A stretch of 64,000 nucleotides of DNA from an uncultured Lachnospiraceae bacterium (GCA_905235275.1 CAJOLA010000002.1:2033-66032), one strand, 5' to 3'; positions 30,254 through 38,833 are shown, numbered from the stretch's first letter. Notes: generated by a model from the sequence alone, not told the origin. A program made the numbers and translations.

Positions 30254-31048
30254 ATGGCTTATACTATTTTTAAAATAGGGTCTTTTTCCTTGCATGGCTA
30301 TGGATTAATGATTGGAATAGGAATAATTGCAGCCGTAATAATTGCTACCCTGAGAGCCAAGGGAGCAGGCTTAAATGCCGACAAAGTCCTGGGTATGATT
30401 TTATGGAGTACCATAGTCGGATTTGGCGGCGGAAAACTTTTATATATAATCGTGGAGCATGACAGACTGGCCGATGATCCGTGGGGCGTTTTGGGACCGT
30501 CGGGATTTGTCGTATACGGCGGTTTGATATGTGGCATATCATTCAGTGTTCTATATACTAAGCTTACAAAGATTTCTTTTGCAAGATATATCGATCTTCT
30601 GATTCCGTCTCTTGCGATAGGCCAGGGGTTCGGAAGACTGGGGTGTCTTATGGCAGGATGCTGCTACGGTCGCCCCGCAGGTCCCGGGGAATGGGGTATA
30701 GTATTTCCTCCGGGGTGTGACGCGCCTTCAGGCGTGGCTCTGGTGCCGACGCAGGTATATATGGCAATCGGAGATTTTGCGATTGCGGCGATTCTTTTAA
30801 TAATAGATTACGCTACACGCGGTAAGAACAGAACGCCGGGAACTCTCATAGTAGGATATCTTCTTATGTACAGTGTCGGAAGATTTTTGATTGAGTTCTT
30901 AAGAAATGACGACAGAGGAAGCGTGGGAGCACTTTCCACATCTCAATTTATAGCAATCTTTATGGTGGCGGCCGCCATAGTCATATGGATTGTTCAAAAA
31001 ACAAGATACAAAAACGGGAAAAATGAAAATGAAAATATTGCAACCTGA
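30254..31048 (+). CDS. lgt: prolipoprotein diacylglyceryl transferase
   Basis: Lgt-family motifs are present: GRLGCLMAGCCYG, VPTQVYMAIGD and YSVGRFLIEFLRND. Confidence 0.8.
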   Translation: MAYTIFKIGSFSLHGYGLMIGIGIIAAVIIATLRAKGAGLNADKVLGMILWSTIVGFGGGKLLYIIVEHDRLADDPWGVLGPSGFVVYGGLICGISFSVLYTKLTKISFARYIDLLIPSLAIGQGFGRLGCLMAGCCYGRPAGPGEWGIVFPPGCDAPSGVALVPTQVYMAIGDFAIAAILLIIDYATRGKNRTPGTLIVGYLLMYSVGRFLIEFLRNDDRGSVGALSTSQFIAIFMVAAAIVIWIVQKTRYKNGKNENENIAT

Positions 31049-32102
31049 TTATTATAAAGATTTTAAATGCATCGCCTCTGCCTGTGAGGATACCTGTTGT
31101 GCTGGCTGGGAGGTTGATGTTGATGATGAGAAGTACCATTTTTATAAGACCGTTAAAGGGGCACTCGGCAAACGCTTAAAGGAAGTCATGGTACCCAAGA
31201 AAAAGGGTGAGGGCTGTTCCTTTGAGCTTAGTGAGGACAAGAGGTGTCCTTTTTTGGATAAAGAAAATCTTTGCGACATCATAAAGGAGCTTGGAGAAGA
31301 GGCTATTTGCGAGACCTGCACCGATTATCCGAGATTCATAAGAGACTACGGTCAGACAAGAGAGATAGGTCTTGTTCCTTCATGCTTTACCGCGGCTCAG
31401 CTCATGGTAAATAAAAAAAAGCTCTCAGTCATCGTTTCAAAACAGGATGATGATCTGAGGCTTGAGTTAAATGATATTGATGCCGAATTGTTTTTTGAGT
31501 TAAAGGATCTGCGTTCAAGAATATTTATGTGTCTTGCCGATAAGAAACGGCCGGTCGAAGATAAGCTGTCGGATATTCTGGACATAGCGCAGGAGTATGA
31601 AGATGACTGCGGTAAGTCAAAAGACCCGACAAGCGCATACAGGGGCCATAAAGATCCCGTTAAGATGTTTTTTAAGCCTTTTGACGGCATGGAAACCGTA
31701 AACCCGAAATGGGATGATTATGTTGATGATACACATGAATTCGAGATAACGGATGATGATTACAGGGAAGTCTGTAAAAAGATTCCGCAGCTTTCAAGAG
31801 CGCTCGAAGAGCTTGCGTTTTATTATTTTTACAGATATATCATGGAAGCCGTATATGATGCCAAAATATTAACGGCGGCCAAGACCGCCGTTGTAGCATT
31901 TATCTGTTGCAGACATATATGCACCATGGAATTTATAAAGAACGGGAAGCTTTCCTGTGATGATATAGCCGAAATTTTTCATGTGTATTCAAGGCATCTT
32001 GAACATTCAGAGGTTAACTGGAACAGGTTCTTCGATGAGTATGAGACAAATACCATCTATTCCAAAAAGACCTTAAAAAAGATTCTTAAAGGGCAGTATT
32101 GA
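31023..32102 (+). CDS. FliB-family Cys-rich protein (flagellin lysine-N-methylase-like)
   Basis: The N-terminal motif YYKDFKCIASACEDTCCAGWEVDVD and a second CPFL..NLC cluster are recalled as the FliB/YkgJ-type signature. No flagellar genes are nearby. Confidence 0.45.
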   Translation: MKMKILQPDYYKDFKCIASACEDTCCAGWEVDVDDEKYHFYKTVKGALGKRLKEVMVPKKKGEGCSFELSEDKRCPFLDKENLCDIIKELGEEAICETCTDYPRFIRDYGQTREIGLVPSCFTAAQLMVNKKKLSVIVSKQDDDLRLELNDIDAELFFELKDLRSRIFMCLADKKRPVEDKLSDILDIAQEYEDDCGKSKDPTSAYRGHKDPVKMFFKPFDGMETVNPKWDDYVDDTHEFEITDDDYREVCKKIPQLSRALEELAFYYFYRYIMEAVYDAKILTAAKTAVVAFICCRHICTMEFIKNGKLSCDDIAEIFHVYSRHLEHSEVNWNRFFDEYETNTIYSKKTLKKILKGQY

Positions 32103-32103
32103 T

Positions 32104-33666
32104 TTAGCGTCTCTTGCTTTCGTCATTAAGGGTTCTCGGATCGTCTTTTAAGTTCGGGCTGTCCATCTGACCGTTAGGTCTGCCGCCCTGCATGCCGCCG
32201 GGCATTCCCCCCATCATGCCCGTGCCGTAGATAATATCATTCATAACAATATCAGTGCTTGAGGTACCTGCCGTAACGGTATAGGTGCCTCCTTTTTTAA
32301 TTTCCGGTGCGCTTATGACAACGCTGTCGTAAGCCTTGGGTGCCGTATAAGAGCAAAGTGTATTTCCCGATTCGTCTTTTATCTCAATTGTTGTTCCTGC
32401 CGACTGATTTTGTGTTGCGGTAAGTATGGAGCCTTGTGTTGATTCGGATCCCATATTCTGAGCCATTCCGCTCATGCCCGTTGCCACGAGTATTCCCCCT
32501 GAGATTGAAGCCTTTCCGTCGTAATCAAGAACGGAATCGCCGTTGTTGGTTGATCCTGACGCATAAGTCTCACCGCCCGTGATTATTATGTCTCCGTTGG
32601 AGTCAAGAGCGTCTCCCCCTGCATTAAGATAAACTTTTCCGTCAGAAATCCTTAAAGTGTTCATGGCATTTGTTGCGTCATCACTTGCAGTGACATCGGA
32701 TGATCCGCCCGCGATATTTACGATATCTGCCTCATATCCCTCATAGCAGTTCGTAATTTTTATGTTGCCGCCTGCAATGAGAATTTCGGGACCTGCGTGT
32801 ATCGCATCGTCATAGGCATCGATTGTAACATTGCCGTCCTGAATATATACGAAGCCTTTCGTCGCATCCTCATCATTTTCGGAATGGATGGCATCCTGTG
32901 CGGCTTTTATGTTGATGTCGCCTCCGGCAATGCGCACACTGTCTTTGCCCTGTATGCCGGAATCGGCTGAATCCACGTTAAGAGTTCCCCCCGTAATCTT
33001 AACGTTATCCTTTGATACAATCCCATGCCCGGATTTGGATGTGACGTTTAAGGTTCCCTTGCCGTTTAAAGTTATCGTATCTTTGGCAAATATTGCCCCG
33101 TCAACGTTGCTGTCGTCCGTCTGTGTAAAAGTGCCGCCGTTTGAAACGGTATTGGTCGTTCCTTCTTTGGTTGTGATAAATACCTTGTCGGCATTCTTTA
33201 CGTAGATTCCCGCGTAAGAGTTTGAATTAATGCTTGCGTTATCAAGGACGAGCTGAATTTTGTCCGTATCCGCGCCTTCAACCTTTACGGTGCCGTTTGC
33301 AAGCGTGCCCGTAAGTATATACACGCCTTCTTTTGAAATGGTAATCGTATCACCGGAAACGCTTACGCCGTCCGCATTTGACGGGCTGTTAAGGTTTACG
33401 GTAACGGCACCTGCCTCATCGAAAGTCTGAACGAGGTCCCTGTCGGTGAACATGTTTGCAATGTCGATGGTTGTATTTTCAACATTGGGAACGGATGCGG
33501 AAGCACTTTGCCCTGAGGTTGAAGCGGCAGTTTCTTCCGTGCTCTCCGTAACTGTCACACTTTCCGTGACGGTTGTCTCCTGCGGGGCAGAGCCGAAGCA
33601 CCCCGCAAGAAGTACGGATGCTGCAATGGCAGGTGTAACGGTTGCAAATAATAATTTCTTCTTCAT
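32104..33666 (-). CDS. secreted lipoprotein with Cthe_2159-like beta-helix (carbohydrate-binding domain-containing protein)
   Basis: Lipobox LLAGC, then a Ser/Thr-rich linker. Long G/N/T/D-rich segments repeat irregularly (GDTITISKEGVYILTG..., ITGGTLNVDSADSGIQGKDSVRIAGGDINI), as in parallel beta-helices. The tail is Gly/Met/Pro-rich. The ATG at 33666 lies 7 nt after AAGGAG. Confidence 0.65.
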   Translation of the reverse strand: MKKKLLFATVTPAIAASVLLAGCFGSAPQETTVTESVTVTESTEETAASTSGQSASASVPNVENTTIDIANMFTDRDLVQTFDEAGAVTVNLNSPSNADGVSVSGDTITISKEGVYILTGTLANGTVKVEGADTDKIQLVLDNASINSNSYAGIYVKNADKVFITTKEGTTNTVSNGGTFTQTDDSNVDGAIFAKDTITLNGKGTLNVTSKSGHGIVSKDNVKITGGTLNVDSADSGIQGKDSVRIAGGDINIKAAQDAIHSENDEDATKGFVYIQDGNVTIDAYDDAIHAGPEILIAGGNIKITNCYEGYEADIVNIAGGSSDVTASDDATNAMNTLRISDGKVYLNAGGDALDSNGDIIITGGETYASGSTNNGDSVLDYDGKASISGGILVATGMSGMAQNMGSESTQGSILTATQNQSAGTTIEIKDESGNTLCSYTAPKAYDSVVISAPEIKKGGTYTVTAGTSSTDIVMNDIIYGTGMMGGMPGGMQGGRPNGQMDSPNLKDDPRTLNDESKRR

Positions 33667-33678
33667 GTTCATTCTCCT

Positions 33679-34359
33679 TTATAATTCCGCTTTTGCAGTC
33701 TGTGTTTTATTGATTGATATTTCAAGGTTGCCGTTTCGTTCTCTGATCTCATCTATCATCGCTTTTTCATTTGTTTCATTCTTTAAAGTGACGTCATATG
33801 AGAGCTTGAAAAGGCTGCCCATGTTGGTTGTTTTTACATGTGTAAGCTCATGGCTTGAAGTATTTTTTTCAAATATGTCATCGAATACGTGAGTGTAGTC
33901 GAGCGTTTCGGGTATTGTTATCGTAAGTGTTTTGTGAAGTCCGGATTTTCCTGCGTTAAAGTTAACATTGGAAAATGCGATAAATGCGATGCTGACGATT
34001 ACCGCAAAGATTGCCGCAAACAACAGGTATCCCATCCCCGCGATAAGGCCCGCGCCCATCGCAAGGAATATGGCGCCGATTTCCTTGGCCGACCCTTGAG
34101 CCGATCTGAATCGTACGAGTGAAAATGCACCTGCGACCGCAACACCGGCACCGATGTTTCCGTTTACAAGCATTATTACAACGCATACGACGGCCGGCAG
34201 CAGTGCGAGCGTCGCCATAAAGCTTTTTGATGAATCGGAATGTCTCGAATACATAAAAGTAATGAAAATTCCAATTGCAAGAGATACTCCCAGACATGCC
34301 ATAAATGCACCTATGGAAATGGAAGCAAGTGAGCCGAAAATGCTGTTAAATATTGCCAA
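33679..34359 (-). CDS. DUF4956 domain membrane protein
   Basis: 4-5 TM helices with the AFSLVRFRSA motif, then a roughly 90-aa soluble C-terminal domain. TTG start at 34359 after GGGGGAG. It overlaps the upstream VTC gene by 14 nt. Confidence 0.65.
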   Translation of the reverse strand: MAIFNSIFGSLASISIGAFMACLGVSLAIGIFITFMYSRHSDSSKSFMATLALLPAVVCVVIMLVNGNIGAGVAVAGAFSLVRFRSAQGSAKEIGAIFLAMGAGLIAGMGYLLFAAIFAVIVSIAFIAFSNVNFNAGKSGLHKTLTITIPETLDYTHVFDDIFEKNTSSHELTHVKTTNMGSLFKLSYDVTLKNETNEKAMIDEIRERNGNLEISINKTQTAKAEL

Positions 34360-35098
34360 TTTTAATCTCCCCCTTCTTTAACATATCTTTATATGCGGCA
34401 CCGTATTTTGAAAACGATGCTTTAAATATCTGTTTGTCCGATAAGAATCTGCTGAGCCACAATGGCATTCCTTCGATAAGCTTTACTTCCATTATTGAAT
34501 GCCCCGGACTTATGAGAAGCTCTCCGTCCGGCTCATGCTCAAGCGTAAGGTCGGAAGTCCTGTATCTGATATTGGTATCAAAGGTTACTCTGAAATCCTT
34601 ATTGTCTTTACCGTAGAAGGCTTCTCTGTCATACGAAAGAAAAACTACCGGATGAAGTGTTTTATAAATATCCCTGAAGTAAGTAAGCTCTTTGGCGATT
34701 TGGACATCCGTGGGCTTAGCGTCCGGTCTGTCGAATTCATCATCCGGAAGAGGACTGCCCGCCAGGAAATCAAGAGCATCCTTTTGAGGGATGAATATTC
34801 TTCTTTTAAATACAGTTTTTTTGCATTTCTTTTTTAATTCGACAAATACCGGATCGGAAAGTGAAGAAGTGTTATAGCTTCTTACCCTTAACTTTTCTTT
34901 ATAGACGGGTTTTTCGATTGAACGTCTTGCAAGAAGAAAAGAATCGGTATCGTAATAAATGTTTCTGACGGTTGCATCACCGTGCGGATCCTTTACCATC
35001 AGGTCTTTATTTTTAAAAAGATTAAGAAGCTCTTCTTTTTCTTTGTCATCAAGAAGGTATTTTATTTCCACTCTTGAGAATATGTTTTTGTTTGCCAT
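34346..35098 (-). CDS. VTC domain protein (polyphosphate polymerase domain-containing, triphosphate-tunnel fold)
   Basis: 250 aa. The N-terminal RVEIKYLL is an ExK tunnel motif. YYDTDSF, KLRVRSY, VFVELKKK and EVKL strands resemble the CYTH/VTC beta-barrel pattern. Confidence 0.65.
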   Translation of the reverse strand: MANKNIFSRVEIKYLLDDKEKEELLNLFKNKDLMVKDPHGDATVRNIYYDTDSFLLARRSIEKPVYKEKLRVRSYNTSSLSDPVFVELKKKCKKTVFKRRIFIPQKDALDFLAGSPLPDDEFDRPDAKPTDVQIAKELTYFRDIYKTLHPVVFLSYDREAFYGKDNKDFRVTFDTNIRYRTSDLTLEHEPDGELLISPGHSIMEVKLIEGMPLWLSRFLSDKQIFKASFSKYGAAYKDMLKKGEIKIGNI

Positions 35099-35254
35099 TT
35101 TTTGTACCCCCTCTTTCTTTCTGAGGCAAGTGTAGAGGACATAACTTAAATGAAGCTTAAAAATTAGGATTTTTTTTTGATATAATATTTTAAAGTTGAA
35201 TTAAGGTTTCCACGGTAGTGTGTTCATAAGAATAAAGGAAAGAAAGGAAAAGAT

Positions 35255-35926
35255 ATGAGACTTCTTTTTGCGGAAGATGAACATTCATTATCAAGAGCCG
35301 TCTGTGCGGTTCTTAAAAAAAATAATTATGAGGTCGATCCCGTCTATAACGGAAAGGATGCACTTGATTATCTGGAAGCCGGAGAGTACGACGGCGCAAT
35401 ACTTGATATCATGATGCCTGAGATGGACGGAATCACGGTCCTTAAAAAAATAAGAGAAGCCGGAAACAACATTCCCGTAATCATGCTTACGGCAAAAGCC
35501 GAGGTTGATGATAAGGTGTACGGTCTTGATTCCGGAGCAAATGATTATCTTGCAAAACCGTTCGATATGAAAGAACTTCTCGCGCGAATAAGAAGTATCC
35601 TTCGCGTTAATACTGCGCAGACTTCCTCGAAGCTTAAGTTTTCGGATATAGAACTCGATCAGACGACATTCGAGCTTTCATCGGGGGCGGAATCCTTTAA
35701 GCTTACCAATAAGGAATATCAGATGATGGAGATGTTCATATCCAACCCTCACAGAATATTTTCCGCTGAAAATTTTCTTGAAAAGATATGGGGATATGAG
35801 TCCGATGCGGATATCAATGTAGTCTGGGTTTATATTTCGTATCTCAGGAAAAAACTGACGGCACTTAAATCAAAGGTTGTCATCAAAGCGACAAGAAACG
35901 TCGGATACTCACTTGAGGAGTCTTAA
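35255..35926 (+). CDS. OmpR-family response regulator
   Basis: Receiver domain (LLFAEDE, DGAILDIMMPEMDG, LTAK) plus a winged-helix C-terminus (VWVYISYLRKKL). Confidence 0.92.
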   Translation: MRLLFAEDEHSLSRAVCAVLKKNNYEVDPVYNGKDALDYLEAGEYDGAILDIMMPEMDGITVLKKIREAGNNIPVIMLTAKAEVDDKVYGLDSGANDYLAKPFDMKELLARIRSILRVNTAQTSSKLKFSDIELDQTTFELSSGAESFKLTNKEYQMMEMFISNPHRIFSAENFLEKIWGYESDADINVVWVYISYLRKKLTALKSKVVIKATRNVGYSLEES

Positions 35927-35980
35927 GGCTTAAAGGGGAAAGCCCCTGCTGTATAAATTTACGGATTTCGGTAAAGAATA

Positions 35981-37351
35981 ATGATAAAAAAATTACGAAT
36001 AAAACTTATAGCGGTTGCGATGATATCCATGTTTGTGGTCCTTGGAACCATTGTGTCCGCAATAAATATTATCAACTACAACAAAACGGTCAATGATGCC
36101 GATGCGATACTGACCGTCTTAAAGGAAAATGACGGTAAATTCCCAAGGGACATGAGACCTGACATGGAAGCACAGGATTTCGCACAGTCCGATTCATCAC
36201 AGAGTGAGTCCACGGGGCAGCAGGAGAGCGGTGCGACACAGGAGGCGACTCCTCCGACCTTTCCGAAAGAAAACGAAAGCTTCACACGTGAGGGGCGAGG
36301 TCACGGACCGGACGGTCACATGCTTCTTAATTCTCCGGAGACGGCTTACGAGTCAAGGTTTTTTAGCGTAAGCCTTGACAGTTCCGGAAACGTAACGGGG
36401 ACGGATGTCGGTCAGATTGCAGCCATCGATTCGGAGTCGGCAAAGGAGATGGCGGCATACGTTTACGCATCAGGAAGACAGAAAGGATTTTACGGCAATT
36501 ACAGATATGTGCGCTCAGAGAGTGATTCCGGAGTACGGATAATTTTTCTTGATTGCATGAGGAGTCTTTCGAGCTTCAGGAATACTCTTTTAATGAGTAT
36601 AGTCGTATCGCTTATCGGACTGGGTGCCGTATTTGTTCTTGTAATTATTTTCTCAAGACGCATAGTAAAGCCTGTTTCCGAGAGCTACGAAAAGCAAAAA
36701 GAGTTTATTACGAATGCGGGGCATGAGCTTAAGACACCGCTTAGCATCATTAATGCCGATGCCGAGGTTCTTGAGATGGAAAGCGGTGAGAGCGAATGGC
36801 TTGATGACATTAAGAATCAGACATCAAGGCTTGCGGCTTTAACCAACGACCTGATATTTCTTGCGAAGATGGAAGAGGGCGGCGGAGAGCTTGTCCTGAT
36901 AGAATTTCCTTTTTCCGATATGGTAAAGGAAGCGGTTAAGTCATTTGCCGCACCCGTTAAGGCGGCAGGAAAAACTCTTGCAACCGACATTGAAGATATG
37001 ATAAGTATTAAGGGCGACGAAAAAAGTCTGTATAAGCTTGTAAACATTCTTCTTGATAACGCGAATAAATACTCGCCCGAAGGCGGATACATTCATGTCG
37101 GCTTAAGGCGGCAAAAGGGTAGAACCATTCTTGATGTAACCAATACAACCGATTATGACCTGGACAGGGATAATATCGACGGACTTTTTGACAGATTTTA
37201 CAGAGCCGATAAATCACGCAATTCGGGGAAGGGCGGATACGGCATAGGCTTGTCGGTTGCGAAAGCGATAACCGAAAAACACAAAGGAAAAATAAGAGCT
37301 TACGCAAAGGATGCGCGCTGTATGGTGATTGAAGTATCATTTGCGGGATGA
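35981..37351 (+). CDS. sensor histidine kinase (two TM helices, about 170-aa extracytoplasmic loop)
   Basis: H-box NAGHELKTPLS, N box LLDNANKYSP, and G boxes DRFYRAD and GYGIGLS. Confidence 0.92.
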   Translation: MIKKLRIKLIAVAMISMFVVLGTIVSAINIINYNKTVNDADAILTVLKENDGKFPRDMRPDMEAQDFAQSDSSQSESTGQQESGATQEATPPTFPKENESFTREGRGHGPDGHMLLNSPETAYESRFFSVSLDSSGNVTGTDVGQIAAIDSESAKEMAAYVYASGRQKGFYGNYRYVRSESDSGVRIIFLDCMRSLSSFRNTLLMSIVVSLIGLGAVFVLVIIFSRRIVKPVSESYEKQKEFITNAGHELKTPLSIINADAEVLEMESGESEWLDDIKNQTSRLAALTNDLIFLAKMEEGGGELVLIEFPFSDMVKEAVKSFAAPVKAAGKTLATDIEDMISIKGDEKSLYKLVNILLDNANKYSPEGGYIHVGLRRQKGRTILDVTNTTDYDLDRDNIDGLFDRFYRADKSRNSGKGGYGIGLSVAKAITEKHKGKIRAYAKDARCMVIEVSFAG

Positions 37352-37362
37352 TTGGAGATAAA

Positions 37363-37860
37363 ATGATTTACAGAAGAAACGTAAGTACACGCAGAGGCAT
37401 GAAGGTATCTTTTTCGACAACATGGGAATATAAATCTGAATTCATCACGGATGCGTGTTATGACATCATAAAGAATGATTTTGGGTCAAGTCTTGTCAGG
37501 GCGTGCGTGATAATGGAGCAGGGCGGAAAGAAGCAGGAGATTTTGGATGACGTTAAAGTCTCGGAAACCGTCGACCCTGCTGTTTTTGAAAAGCTGGCTA
37601 AAGGCTGCGATGAGGCGATTATTGCAGGATACAGTAAAATAATGGACTGTCCGATTGAATTTCATTTTAGTGCGGGGACTAACGTGGTAGAGCTTACGTG
37701 TCTTAAAATGGGCTTTTTTAACAAAAAAGGCAAGCATGCATTTGACGTATACATGGACAGTATCGAGATAAATGCATATTGTCGTGACGTCAGAAGAAAG
37801 ACGTCTTTAAAATATGAAAATAATGACAAAAAAATTCTTGACAAGGGTCAACCGCTATAA
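37363..37860 (+). CDS. hypothetical protein
   Basis: ORF with a GGAG RBS 5 nt before the ATG at 37363. An alternative start at 37348 overlaps the kinase stop. I recognise no family. Its 3' end contains the tRNA operon promoter. Confidence 0.4.
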   Translation: MIYRRNVSTRRGMKVSFSTTWEYKSEFITDACYDIIKNDFGSSLVRACVIMEQGGKKQEILDDVKVSETVDPAVFEKLAKGCDEAIIAGYSKIMDCPIEFHFSAGTNVVELTCLKMGFFNKKGKHAFDVYMDSIEINAYCRDVRRKTSLKYENNDKKILDKGQPL

Positions 37861-37866
37861 TATAAT
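37838..37866 (+). promoter_or_regulatory. consensus sigma-A promoter of the tRNA operon (TTGACA-17-TATAAT)
   Basis: TTGACA at 37838-37843, an exact 17-nt spacer and TATAAT at 37861-37866. It lies 56 nt upstream of tRNA-Pro. Confidence 0.8.
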
Positions 37867-37921
37867 GCTACTTGCGTTGCGAAGAGAGAGCTTTAAAACG
37901 CAAGTGAATTTTAGGAGCTGA

Positions 37922-37996
<75 letters not shown>

Positions 37997-38021
37997 TATT
38001 TCAGCCAATATATTATTTTTT

Positions 38022-38092
38022 GCGGGTGTAGTTCAATGGTAGAACACCAGCCTTCCAAGCTGGATACGTGGGTTCGATTCCCATCACCCGCT
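38022..38092 (+). tRNA. tRNA-Gly (anticodon TCC)
   Basis: Acceptor GCGGGTG/CACCCGC, anticodon arm CCAGC-CTTCCAA-GCTGG, T-arm GTGGG-TTCGATT-CCCAT. No encoded CCA. Confidence 0.9.
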
Positions 38093-38096
38093 TTGT

Positions 38097-38170
<74 letters not shown>

Positions 38171-38177
38171 CTAATAT

Positions 38178-38252
38178 GGTGGGTATAGCACAGCTGGTCA
38201 GCGCGTCTGATTGTGGTTCAGAAGGTCGAGGGTTCGAATCCCTCTATCCACC
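38178..38252 (+). tRNA. tRNA-His (anticodon GTG, with encoded G-1)
   Basis: An extra 5' G pairs with discriminator C. Acceptor GTGGGTA/TATCCAC, anticodon arm TCTGA-TTGTGGT-TCAGA. Confidence 0.88.
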
Positions 38253-38264
38253 CTGGTCGGATAA

Positions 38265-38336
38265 TGGGCTATCGCCAAGCGGTAAGGCACAGGGTTTTGA
38301 TCCCTGCATTCGCCGGTTCGAATCCGGCTAGCCCAG
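38265..38336 (+). tRNA. tRNA-Gln (anticodon TTG)
   Basis: Acceptor TGGGCTA/TAGCCCA, anticodon arm CAGGG-TTTTGAT-CCCTG, T-arm GCCGG-TTCGAAT-CCGGC. Confidence 0.9.
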
Positions 38337-38357
38337 TTATATCGGCAAATAAATGAA

Positions 38358-38762
38358 GCAGAAATTTTGGTCTTTAACCAAGTGACGTTTCGACCAACGG
38401 GAGAAACTCACAAAGCTTTGCGAAGCAGAAATTTTGGTCTTTGACCAAAGGATGTTTCGACCGAAGGGAGAAACTCACAAAGCTTTGCGAAGTAGAAATT
38501 TTGGTCTTTGACCAAAGGATGTTTCGACCGAAGGGAGAAACTCCAAATTTCTACGCAGTAGAAATTTTGCGAAGCCAAAGGATGTTTCGACCGCAGGGAG
38601 AAACTCCAAATTTCTGCGAAGCAGAAATTTTGGCGTAGCCAAGTGATGTTTCGACCGAAGGGAGAAACTCACAAAGCTTTGCGTAGCAAAGATTTTGGCG
38701 AAGCCAAAGGATGTTTCGACCGAAGGGAGAAACTCCAAATTTTTGCGCAGCAAAAATTTTGG
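38358..38762 (+). repeat. tandem array of six 63-67-nt structured repeats plus a seventh partial unit that abuts tRNA-Lys
   Basis: Unit starts are at 38358, 38425, 38492, 38558, 38621, 38686 and 38750. The conserved core is GATGTTTCGACCGAAGGGAGAAACTC, flanked by hairpin-forming arms that covary. Confidence 0.9.
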
Positions 38763-38833
38763 GCTCGTAGCTCAGTCGGTAGAGCACTAGACTTTTAATC
38801 TAGGTGTCCCGGGTTCGAACCCCGGCGGGCTCA
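38761..38833 (+). tRNA. tRNA-Lys (anticodon TTT)
   Basis: Acceptor GGGCTCG/CGGGCTC (two G-T pairs), anticodon arm CTAGA-CTTTTAA-TCTAG, T-arm CCGGG-TTCGAAC-CCCGG. Confidence 0.88.

Noticed and set aside
38358-38762. Possible CRISPR array: regular repeats of about 28 nt ending in GAAAC, separated by spacers of about 35 nt.
   Set aside because: The would-be spacers are variants of one another (palindromic arms such as CAAATTTCTGCGAAGCAGAAATTTTGG), not unique sequences. The array is inside a tRNA operon and there are no cas genes in the window. I treated it as a structured tandem repeat instead.
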